A stretch of 64,000 nucleotides of DNA from the NCBI GenBank assembly GCA_038212275.1, contig JBBQUR010000011.1:64001-128000 (forward strand), given 5' to 3'. Origin of the DNA: Planctomycetota bacterium (lineage in GTDB: Bacteria > Planctomycetota > B15-G4). The position numbers were made by a program, and so were the translations under genes. The notes beneath the pieces are model-generated. The model was not told where the DNA came from, searched no databases, and worked only from the letters and a program-made list of their open reading frames with translations. Shown here piece after piece: positions 29,098-37,563 of this stretch (position 1 is the stretch's first letter; every line of letters begins with the position of its first letter).

Positions 29098-31797
29098 TTA
29101 CGGCACCAGGCCGCGAAGCGCATTGGACAGCGCGACGTCGTGCACGGCGCCGGCGTCCTGGATGGCCCACTGCATCCACAGGGTGGTGCCGGCCGGCACG
29201 CCGGACGGCATCGTGAACGGCAGCGCGAGGTCGCCTGCCGCGTTCGTGCCGAGGAAGAGCATCAGCAGGCTCGGCACCGGCACCAGCACTCCGCCCTTGA
29301 AGGGCACCGGCGAACTGGCCAGCGCCGTGAAGAGCGCGGCCGGCGCCGACGGTGCGGCGTGCGTGAGCGTGACCGCATTGCTGCTGCCCGCGACGAGCGT
29401 GCCTGCACCGGTGAGCAGCGGCAGGCCGAGCGTGCCGGCCAGCGCCGAACCCTGGTGACTCCACGCCGAGTCGGCCTGGCCGAAGAGAATGGACACCTGC
29501 TCGCTCAGCGTGATGACCGGCATGCGCAGCGCCATGGCCGCCACGTCGAGCAAGCCGTCACCGTTGAGGTCGCCCGACGCCACCCAGAGAGCTTGACCGC
29601 CGATGCCGTGGCGCTTGCCGGGCAGCAGGTGGCCTTCGCCGTCGTTGACGTAGAGCACCGCATCCTCCGCGCCGCCGACCACGAGGTCGGGCAGGCCGTC
29701 TCCCGAGAAGTCCCCGGACGTGATGCCGTTGGTGCCGTTGAAGGAGAGCGACTTCGGCGCGGGCTGTGCGCTCCACGGGAAGAAGCCGCCTGCGCCGTCG
29801 TTGCGCATGACGACGACCTGGTCGAAGGAGCCCCACGTGCCGAGGCCGGCGCCGACGAGATCCCGCGCACCGTCGCCGTCCATGTCCACGGCGCGCACGG
29901 TGATGGTGAGCACGTAGGGGGCGAGGTCGTGCGCGACGGGCGTGGCGAAGCTGCCGTCGCCGTTGCCGTGCAGCACGAGGTAGCCGTTGGTGGGCGCCGG
30001 CGCGCCGCCGAACTGCGTGGCGCCCACGCCGACGAGATCCACGCGGCCGTCGCCGTCCAGGTCCGCGGCGTCAAGGTCGCTCATGCCCCACTGCAGCTTG
30101 TTGATGGTGGTCGCAGCGGCGAAGGTGCCGTCACCCTGATTGGCCAGCAGGTAGATCTGACTGATGGGCTTGCTCGGGCAGCCGCCGGTTTCGTTGCACG
30201 CGACATCGAGGTCACCGTCGCCGTCGAAGTCCCCCGCCGCGAGGTGGTACACGCCGCACGAGTTCGGCAGCGTCCACTGCACGTTGGGACCCCACTGGCC
30301 ATTGCCGAGATTGCGGTTGGTGTAGAAGTGATACGGCGCGGAGGACGGGTCCTTGACCTTGAGGATCTCCGGGCGCCCGTCGCCGTCGAGGTCGCGCAGG
30401 AGGAAGTTGCGGAAGCGGCCGGCGCCGCCGAAGAACGTGGTGCGGGTGAACGCGCCGTTCCCGTCATTGAGGTAGGTGTAGACGCTCACCGACATCGCGA
30501 CGATGTCGAGGTCGCCGTCGAGGTCCAGGTCCGCGATCTCGCAGCGATAGGCGTCCACCGCCTCCAGGTGCAGGAACTCGGGGAAGGCGCCGCCGTCGTT
30601 GCGGTGCACCTGCAGCGTGAGCAGGCCGTGATTGGTGATGAGCACGTCGCGGTCGCCGTCGGCGTCGATGTCGGCCGTGGAGATCGAACGCGAGTACTCG
30701 CCGGAGGCGAAGGTCTGCGGCGGCGCGAAGGCCCCGCCACCGAGGCCGCGCAGGAAGCCCCACCACGACAGCGCCTGGCCGCCGCAGGCCACGAGGTCGG
30801 GCACGCCGTCGCCGGTCACGTCGTCCAGGGACATCGAGTACGGCGTGGCCATCTCGTAGCCGGTCTCGATGGCCGTGACCGCGCCGAAGCTGCCATTGCC
30901 CTGGTTCTTCCAGAGCGAGAGCGCGCTGCTGCCGGGAATGCCGGCGGACGTACCGAAGCCGTAGACGACGTCGAGATCGCCGTCGGTGTCCACGTCGCCG
31001 AGGGCGACGGCCGGGACGGGGCCGGGGAAGGCCAGCGGCGCAGCGCCGGTCACGAGGCCGAGCGGCGCCGCGAAGCCACCGGCCGTGGCCAGCGAGACGG
31101 TCACTTCGGGAAGCGACTGCAGGTGCGTCGTCACGACGTCGGAGCGGCCGTCGCCGTCGAGGTCGCCCACGGCCAGCCAGTAGGGCTCGGGGCCGACCGG
31201 GATGTCGGTGCGCGTGAAGTGCGCGGAGCCGTCGTTGCGCAGCAGCGAGAGGTCGTTCTCGCCGGGCTTGCGATTCGCGGTGACAAGGTCGAGGTCGCCG
31301 TCGAGGTCGAAGTCGGCCGCCGCGATGGACATCGGGCCCTTGCCGCACGGGATGACCACGGCTGCGTCGAAACTGCCGTCGCCCTGATTGCGGTAGAGCA
31401 GCACGCTCTGCCCGGACGCACCGTTTTCAGATGCCTGCGTGAAGGCGAGGTCCAGGTCTCCGTCGCCGTCGAGGTCCGCGGCGCACACCGCGGAGGTCTC
31501 GCCGGGCGAGGGCATGAACACCGGGGCGCCGAACTCGCCGGTGCCGTCGTTGAACGAGATCGAGACCTGCGACGACAGGAAGTTGCCGATCTGCGCGTGC
31601 GCCACGTCGGGCGAGCCGTCGCCGTTCAGGTCCGCGACCACGTGCGCATTGGGCCGGTAGGGCGAGTTGGGCAGGTTGGCGCCGGCGCCGGTCTCGAAGG
31701 CGCGCTGCGGCGACGAAAGCGGCGAGTGCTGCGCGGCAGCCGTCACGGCGGACGAGCCGAGCGCCCCGAGGCAAAGCAGGAGAGTGCGGTGATTCAT
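29098..31797 (-). CDS. Large secreted FG-GAP/VCBS repeat protein with PFKGG C-terminal domain
   Basis: Signal ending AAA-Q; about 14 D(L/F)DGDGDLD..NxGxGxF repeats (possibly two propellers); CTD 29098-29463. Confidence 0.88.
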   Translation of the reverse strand: MNHRTLLLCLGALGSSAVTAAAQHSPLSSPQRAFETGAGANLPNSPYRPNAHVVADLNGDGSPDVAHAQIGNFLSSQVSISFNDGTGEFGAPVFMPSPGETSAVCAADLDGDGDLDLAFTQASENGASGQSVLLYRNQGDGSFDAAVVIPCGKGPMSIAAADFDLDGDLDLVTANRKPGENDLSLLRNDGSAHFTRTDIPVGPEPYWLAVGDLDGDGRSDVVTTHLQSLPEVTVSLATAGGFAAPLGLVTGAAPLAFPGPVPAVALGDVDTDGDLDVVYGFGTSAGIPGSSALSLWKNQGNGSFGAVTAIETGYEMATPYSMSLDDVTGDGVPDLVACGGQALSWWGFLRGLGGGAFAPPQTFASGEYSRSISTADIDADGDRDVLITNHGLLTLQVHRNDGGAFPEFLHLEAVDAYRCEIADLDLDGDLDIVAMSVSVYTYLNDGNGAFTRTTFFGGAGRFRNFLLRDLDGDGRPEILKVKDPSSAPYHFYTNRNLGNGQWGPNVQWTLPNSCGVYHLAAGDFDGDGDLDVACNETGGCPSKPISQIYLLANQGDGTFAAATTINKLQWGMSDLDAADLDGDGRVDLVGVGATQFGGAPAPTNGYLVLHGNGDGSFATPVAHDLAPYVLTITVRAVDMDGDGARDLVGAGLGTWGSFDQVVVMRNDGAGGFFPWSAQPAPKSLSFNGTNGITSGDFSGDGLPDLVVGGAEDAVLYVNDGEGHLLPGKRHGIGGQALWVASGDLNGDGLLDVAAMALRMPVITLSEQVSILFGQADSAWSHQGSALAGTLGLPLLTGAGTLVAGSSNAVTLTHAAPSAPAALFTALASSPVPFKGGVLVPVPSLLMLFLGTNAAGDLALPFTMPSGVPAGTTLWMQWAIQDAGAVHDVALSNALRGLVP

Positions 31798-32148
31798 GAC
31801 GAGTGCCTTTCCATCGCGAGCGACGAACGAGTGATGGCGAGCGGCGCTCACCCGGAACCACCGGAGTGCAAGTCGCGTGCCGGACGAGCAAAGCTGCCCT
31901 GCGACCGCGTGCAGCGGCGCTCCGTCGCCGCGAGCGCTCGGCGGACAAGCTGCCCGGATGTCCACGATCCGGCCCTCATGCCCGGAATGCACACACGCGC
32001 GAAGCCTTCAAGCGCTCGGCGACACGTGACACGAACTTCACTATGTTGACTCTTATGTCGTCTTATCATCCTGGACATCGACAGCCGAGTTCTGGCCCGA
32101 TGGGCGGGCCCGCGACGGTTGCATCGAATTCCCCCGAGGACGCCCCCG

Positions 32149-33549
32149 ATGCTTCGCTTGCTCCCCTTCCGCCCCTCCCGATCACTGGCCTCAGGCGCCT
32201 GCGGCATCGCCGTCGGCCTGCTCCTCCTGACCGGCCCCCTCGGCGCGCAGGCGCTGCCCGCCTACCACGCCGAGTATCTCGGCGCCGCCGTGCACGTGGC
32301 CGCGATGAACGACGCGGGCCTCGTCGTCGGCACCGGCTCCCTCGGCATCCACTCTCGCGCTTACGTCGCCGGGCCCGGCAAGCCGCTCACGTATCTCCCG
32401 ATTCCGTTCGGCTTCCTCAGCAGCGGCGCGGCGGACATCAACGAGTCCGGCGTCATCGTCGGTGTCATGAGCCCTTACCAGACGACCAGCTTCTATCCGC
32501 AACCGGCGCGCTGGGATCCCGACGGCGCGGGCGGCTACAAGGTCACGCTGCTCCTCACCCTGCCCGGCGACAATCGTGGCACCGCCGACGCGATCAACGA
32601 CCTCGGCGACATCGTGGGCACCTCCAACTACCAGAGCAACCTGCACACGGTGCTGTACGCGCCGACCGGCACGGTGAATCTGCCCGGACTCGCCAGCTAC
32701 AAGCCGCTGTCGCTCAACAACCAGCGCCTGTACGTCACCGGCAACTCGCGCATCAGCCTGAACACGTTGACCGTCCAGAACCTCGGCGTACCGGCCGGCT
32801 TCACCAGCGCCAAGGCGTGGGTGATCAACAACAACGGCCAGGTGGCGGGCGACCTCACGATGCCGGCGGGCTCAGGCTGCCCGGCGGATGCCGGCGTGTA
32901 CACCGACGGCCTCGGCTGGCTGCCGGTCGGCGCGTGCGGCGCGACTGTCTCCAGCTACGACATCAACGATCTGGGCGACGTGCTCCTGCAGAAGGACAAC
33001 CAGCCCTGGCTTCACCTGCAGGGCGGCCCCACCGTGCGCGTCGAGGATCTGATCGTCGCGCAGACCGGCCACTGGACGGTGAACAGTCCATACAACATGG
33101 CCCTCAACGACTTGCGCCAGATGGCCGTGTACGCGACGAACGGCGGACTGTCGGGCATCATCCTGATCACGCCCGACACCAAGGTGGTGTGCCAGACCGA
33201 CCTTGGCTACGACGGCCCCGGCGCGCTGCAGCTCTCGATGTGCGGCGGCGATCTCTCGAGCGGCACGCACGCCGACCTGCAGATCAGCGGTGCGGCGCCG
33301 GGCGGGCTGACCTGGCTGCTGGCGAGCGCCACCCAGCAACCGACGCCCTTCAAGGGCGGCACGCTGGTGCCCGTGCCGGTGGACCTGGTGCTGTCGCTGA
33401 CGGCTGATGGCAACGGCGTGGCCGGCATTTCGGGCATCTCGGGCGGCAACGGACCGTTCTCGGTCTACCTGCAGGCCGTCGCGCAGGATCCCGGCCAGCC
33501 GCAGGGCTGGACCATCTCCCAGGCGGTGCGCGCCGATTTCCTGCCGTGA
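32149..33549 (+). CDS. Secreted HAF-repeat-like protein with PFKGG C-terminal domain
   Basis: GAGGA RBS; signal ending LGA-Q; A.xIN(D/N)xGx(I/V)VG repeats; CTD about 33190-33549. Confidence 0.8.
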   Translation: MLRLLPFRPSRSLASGACGIAVGLLLLTGPLGAQALPAYHAEYLGAAVHVAAMNDAGLVVGTGSLGIHSRAYVAGPGKPLTYLPIPFGFLSSGAADINESGVIVGVMSPYQTTSFYPQPARWDPDGAGGYKVTLLLTLPGDNRGTADAINDLGDIVGTSNYQSNLHTVLYAPTGTVNLPGLASYKPLSLNNQRLYVTGNSRISLNTLTVQNLGVPAGFTSAKAWVINNNGQVAGDLTMPAGSGCPADAGVYTDGLGWLPVGACGATVSSYDINDLGDVLLQKDNQPWLHLQGGPTVRVEDLIVAQTGHWTVNSPYNMALNDLRQMAVYATNGGLSGIILITPDTKVVCQTDLGYDGPGALQLSMCGGDLSSGTHADLQISGAAPGGLTWLLASATQQPTPFKGGTLVPVPVDLVLSLTADGNGVAGISGISGGNGPFSVYLQAVAQDPGQPQGWTISQAVRADFLP

Positions 33550-33700
33550 CCTGTCCCTCGGCCTGCACCTGAGCTGATGCGCAGCAAGGTGCAGGCCGAC
33601 GACGCCCGCGTGGCCCCAGCGCGCGCGCCGTACTCGCCACACTCGCCGTTCGAAGTGCTCGCCGCGTTCGCGCCGTTTGCGGTGCTCGCGCCGTTCGCGC

Positions 33701-33731
33701 CTCAGGGGCTCAGGGGCTCAGGGGCTCAGGG
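33701..33731. repeat. 8-bp tandem repeat overlapping a stop codon
   Basis: ctcagggg x about 4; degenerate cgccgttcg repeats at 33643-33700. Confidence 0.75.
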
Positions 33732-35411
33732 AGTGGTCAGCTTCTGCGCGTTGCTGAGCAGCACGCCGGGGACGTGGCCCGCGTCCTTGATGACGAACTG
33801 CACGAAGAGGTCGAAGCCGCCGGGGAGGCCTGCCGGCCACGTCGTCGGGAGACTCAGCTGGCCGGACGCATCGGCCTTCCAGATGATCTCGCTGAGCTGG
33901 GGCAACGTGTAGAGCGTGCCGCCGAGCACGGGGAGCGGGCTCGACGTGATCGAGAGCCACGAGATCATGAAGGCATTCGCCGGTGCGTGCGCCACGTCGA
34001 ACGTGACAGGCGAGCCGACCACCAGGCTGCCCGTGCCTGTCAACGTGGGCGCTCCGTTGCTGCCCGCCGTGTGGCCGCCCATGTCGGTCCAGGGACTGAG
34101 CCGGCGCACGGAGAAGTCCCACGGGTCGGCCATGTAGTCGCCGAAGGCCGGCTTGACCGGGAAGGTCACCGGGTCGAAGCCGTGGATCCCCAGATCGAAG
34201 ATCTCCAGCTGACGCTCGCCGGCGTCCATGCCGTCGCCGTCCCCATTGAGGTCCTCGAAGCGGTGGATCCAGACGTTGCCGTTCGGGCCCGGGATGAGCG
34301 CCGGGAAGGGCTTGAGACCCGCGGCGTAGACAGTGCCGCCGTCGATCACGTCGAGGCCGCGCAGGATCAGCAGGTCGGGGTCACCGTCGGTGTAGCTGCC
34401 GTCGTAGAAGGTGTGCACTTCGCCCGCGTCATTGATGTCGCCATCCCCGTTGCCATCGACGCCACGGAGGATGAGGAAGTTGAGGCCCTGGCCCGACAGG
34501 TTGTGGCCCGACGGGTTGAAGGGCGAGACGCTCGTTCCGAAATAGAAGGCCCGCACGCCGTTCTCGATCGAGGTGGCCATCTGCCAGAAGCTGGCGGGAT
34601 AGCCCGCCGCAGTCTGCAGGCTCTTCAGCGTGCCGTCGGCAAAGTCGGGGTTCATCGGAAGGTCCGGCCGTTCGCCGGTGGCATTCAGCAGCAGGATCGA
34701 CTCGCCGGCGTCCAGCACGTCGCCGTCGTGGTTCAGGTCATCGAAGCGGTAGATGGCGCCATCGGGTTCCTGGAAAGCGATGACGCCGTCGCCGGCCGCG
34801 GCAATGCTGGTGAGCGACCAGGCCTTGGTGGTCGAGGTGCCGAGGTCGTGTTCGATGGTGTGCGCCACGTTGCCGTTCACCATCAGGATCTGCTCGCCGG
34901 CGTCGGCGGCGTCGCCGTCAGCGTTCAGGTCCTTGAGGCGCAGCAGGCCGTTCACGGGCTGGCTGAGAAGGTATGCCGAGGTCCACCAGACGGCGCCGTC
35001 GTCGGTGATGTCCAGCGCCGCCGGAGACGATGCGCCGTCCAGGGCCCCGGAATCGCGGTAGACCTTGACCTCGCTCGCGCCCGCCATCGTGCCGTCGCCA
35101 TTGACGTCCACGCCGCGATAGATGCGCCCGGTGGACGGGTGCAACCAGTAGCTGACCACCTGGCCCGCTTCCTTCGTGACGCGCATGTTGTGAGCCGTGC
35201 TCGCGCCGGGCTGGCCGGCACCGAGATGCAGCTTGACCTCGCCGGCGCCCAGGAAGGTGCCGTCGCCATCCAGATCGTCGAAGCGCTGGAAACGCGAGTT
35301 CCAGTTGTCGGCCCAGTAGATGGAGACGGGCTGGGCCTGCGCGACGAGGTGCGACGCCAGACTCAGCGTGAGAAGGGAGACGGGCATCATGAAGCGGAGG
35401 AAGGCGTGCAT
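33726..35411 (-). CDS. Secreted protein with DxNGDGDxxDAGE Ca-binding-like repeats and the conserved C-terminal domain
   Basis: AAGGA RBS; signal ending AQA-Q; six DLNGDG...GE motifs; CTD 33726-34091. Confidence 0.82.
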   Translation of the reverse strand: MHAFLRFMMPVSLLTLSLASHLVAQAQPVSIYWADNWNSRFQRFDDLDGDGTFLGAGEVKLHLGAGQPGASTAHNMRVTKEAGQVVSYWLHPSTGRIYRGVDVNGDGTMAGASEVKVYRDSGALDGASSPAALDITDDGAVWWTSAYLLSQPVNGLLRLKDLNADGDAADAGEQILMVNGNVAHTIEHDLGTSTTKAWSLTSIAAAGDGVIAFQEPDGAIYRFDDLNHDGDVLDAGESILLLNATGERPDLPMNPDFADGTLKSLQTAAGYPASFWQMATSIENGVRAFYFGTSVSPFNPSGHNLSGQGLNFLILRGVDGNGDGDINDAGEVHTFYDGSYTDGDPDLLILRGLDVIDGGTVYAAGLKPFPALIPGPNGNVWIHRFEDLNGDGDGMDAGERQLEIFDLGIHGFDPVTFPVKPAFGDYMADPWDFSVRRLSPWTDMGGHTAGSNGAPTLTGTGSLVVGSPVTFDVAHAPANAFMISWLSITSSPLPVLGGTLYTLPQLSEIIWKADASGQLSLPTTWPAGLPGGFDLFVQFVIKDAGHVPGVLLSNAQKLTTP

Positions 35412-35658
35412 GGAGCGGTGTCCTTCGGGAGAAATGCCGGGAGCGGAGGTTGCGCGGCACCACGGGGCTACGGCACCACGGGGTTGCGGCATTCCGGTGG
35501 GCGCCAGAACGACGGAGAAGGCTATCACTTCTCCTCGAAGAGCTGCCTGGGTGCCTGCAGGATTCCGGCGCCGGCAGCGAGCGAGGCGAACAGCGCGTTC
35601 GAAGTCTCCCCCAGACCCGACCGACCCGCCACGCGTTGGCGACGGAGCCGCAGCAGGA

Positions 35659-36402
35659 CTACGGTCCGCCGACGTCCTCGGCTCCTGTCGTGTCCAGGGT
35701 CGCGAGCTCGCGGGATGCATACCAGTCATCCAGCGTGCAGGTGCCGAGTCGCGCAAGAGGCTCATCGAAGCGGCGCGCCGCCTCCTCGACATCCTGCGCG
35801 TCGAGGAGCGCGAGCGTGCGCGACCCGTCGAGTCGCGCGAGCAGGAAGACGCCGCCCCCGTTCAGCAACGCAGCCAGTGCGTCCTGCGCGGCAGCTCCAT
35901 CCTCCGCGGTGAGCAGGACGTAGGGACGCATGCGTTCGCCGGGTTGAAGCGTCCGGCCTTCGGCTGCGGCCAGCGCTTCCGCCTGAAGTGACCGATCCAG
36001 GGCCGCGACGAGCGGCGCATCGGTCGCCAGATCGTGGTATTCGAGGACGAACACGCCGGCCTGTGTCGTGGGATCGGTCGAGGCCCATGCCGTCGCCTCG
36101 GAGCGATCGCCGGTGTTGAGCACGAAGAGCCCGCGCAGTGCGTCGTCGTGCCTTTGCGATCCGAACGGGCCGGCCACCACGAGCTTGTGCTCCGCTGCGA
36201 GCCGCCCCATGTTGGCGAAGTGTCCTGCGAACGCCGCCCCGTTCTCCTCCTCGGAGAGCTGCCCGCTCTTCGGCCCGGTCCGGATGAGGACCAGCGTGTA
36301 GGCGCGCGGCTCGGAACCGGTCGGCACGCCGGCACAGCCGATCGCACAGCTGATCGCCAAGCCAAGGACAACAAGACAGCTGGCGAACGTGGTGCGGATC
36401 AT
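35659..36402 (-). CDS. YciI-related exported protein, probable lipoprotein
   Basis: Signal with AIGC; F.GHFANM.RL....LVVAGPF, TDP...AGVF. Confidence 0.7.
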   Translation of the reverse strand: MIRTTFASCLVVLGLAISCAIGCAGVPTGSEPRAYTLVLIRTGPKSGQLSEEENGAAFAGHFANMGRLAAEHKLVVAGPFGSQRHDDALRGLFVLNTGDRSEATAWASTDPTTQAGVFVLEYHDLATDAPLVAALDRSLQAEALAAAEGRTLQPGERMRPYVLLTAEDGAAAQDALAALLNGGGVFLLARLDGSRTLALLDAQDVEEAARRFDEPLARLGTCTLDDWYASRELATLDTTGAEDVGGP

Positions 36403-36454
36403 CGCCTCTCCCGGAAGGCGCTCTGGCGGCGCGAAGCGATCGCATGTGTCGACG

Positions 36455-37492
36455 TCACGACGCGCTCGTCTCGAGCTGTGACGTGCCGGGCAACGGCTCC
36501 GGCTGCTGGACCCGATCGGGCACGTGCATGAGGAACTCCGGAATGTCCGGCAGCCCGTCGATGAAGGTGCCCTTCTTCTTGCCTTGCGGAGAGAAGCGCC
36601 GCACGCGCTGGTGGAATCGCTCCGCGACGTAGAGGTCGCCGTCGGGGCCGATGGCGAAGCCCGACGGAGCCTTGAGCTTGCCGTCGATGACGGTCCGCGC
36701 CTTGAGCTTGCCGCGCGGATTCTTCGCGGGAAGGTCGAAGGCCAGGATGCTCCCGCTGCCGGCGGCGCCGATGTAGAGCGCGCCCCCGTGCAGGATGAGG
36801 TGCACGGGCTTCGTGAGTCGTGACCCCTTGATGCGCGCCACGAGCCGCCCCGTGTTCACCTCGAAGATCTTGACGGCATTCCCCGCCTCGTCCGCCACGT
36901 AGAGATGCTTGCGGTGCACGATGATGCCGCGCACCGAATGCCGCGGCTTGCCGTGCACGTCGAGCGTCACCTTGAGGCCCTGTGGCGACGGCACGCTGGG
37001 CGGCGCGGCATCACCGACCTCGGGCAGCCGGCCCTGGCTGGACGCGACGACCGTGCCGGGCAAAAATTCTCCGTCGGGATAGGTCCGTGCGAGGTGCGGC
37101 GCCACGGGTGCCGGCTTGCGCGATGCCGGCATGAGGGCCACCACCGTGTTGGTGTCCTGGCACGACATGTAGAGCCGGCCGTCGTCGCCGATCTCCACGT
37201 CGAAGGGGTGGACCATCGCCGCCACGTCGCTGGTCTTGACCACGACCTCGGCGAAGCGAAACGTGTCGCCGTGGCGCTGATAGCGGGCGACATGGCTGTC
37301 CTTGCGCCAGGCGTTGGCGATGTAGAGGTCGTCGCCCACGAGCGCGAAGCCCCGCGCGATGTGCAGCGGGTGCGCGTCGGGCGCGGTGTCGAGAAGCAGC
37401 GGGTGCTTCTTGCGCGGCGTGCCGTCGTCCTCGAAGACGCCGATGTTGTCGACGCCGGCCTTGCCCTCACCCCGATAGCTGATCCACCACAT
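36455..37492 (-). CDS. NHL-like beta-propeller protein without signal peptide
   Basis: GGAGG RBS; LYIAN, HPFDV, LYVADE, PSGFAIGPDGDLYVAE. Confidence 0.7.
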   Translation of the reverse strand: MWWISYRGEGKAGVDNIGVFEDDGTPRKKHPLLLDTAPDAHPLHIARGFALVGDDLYIANAWRKDSHVARYQRHGDTFRFAEVVVKTSDVAAMVHPFDVEIGDDGRLYMSCQDTNTVVALMPASRKPAPVAPHLARTYPDGEFLPGTVVASSQGRLPEVGDAAPPSVPSPQGLKVTLDVHGKPRHSVRGIIVHRKHLYVADEAGNAVKIFEVNTGRLVARIKGSRLTKPVHLILHGGALYIGAAGSGSILAFDLPAKNPRGKLKARTVIDGKLKAPSGFAIGPDGDLYVAERFHQRVRRFSPQGKKKGTFIDGLPDIPEFLMHVPDRVQQPEPLPGTSQLETSAS

Positions 37493-37563
37493 GATCCGTG
37501 ACCTCCGATCCCCGCACGATATCGCATCGCCGTGCCGGGCCGGAAGCGCGCGGATCTCCGGAG

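Noticed and set aside
29140..32049. Long antisense ORFs (for example 969 aa here, 39165..41627, 57842..60469, 33774..35912)
   Set aside because: Shadow frames of real genes in high-GC DNA with no recognisable motifs
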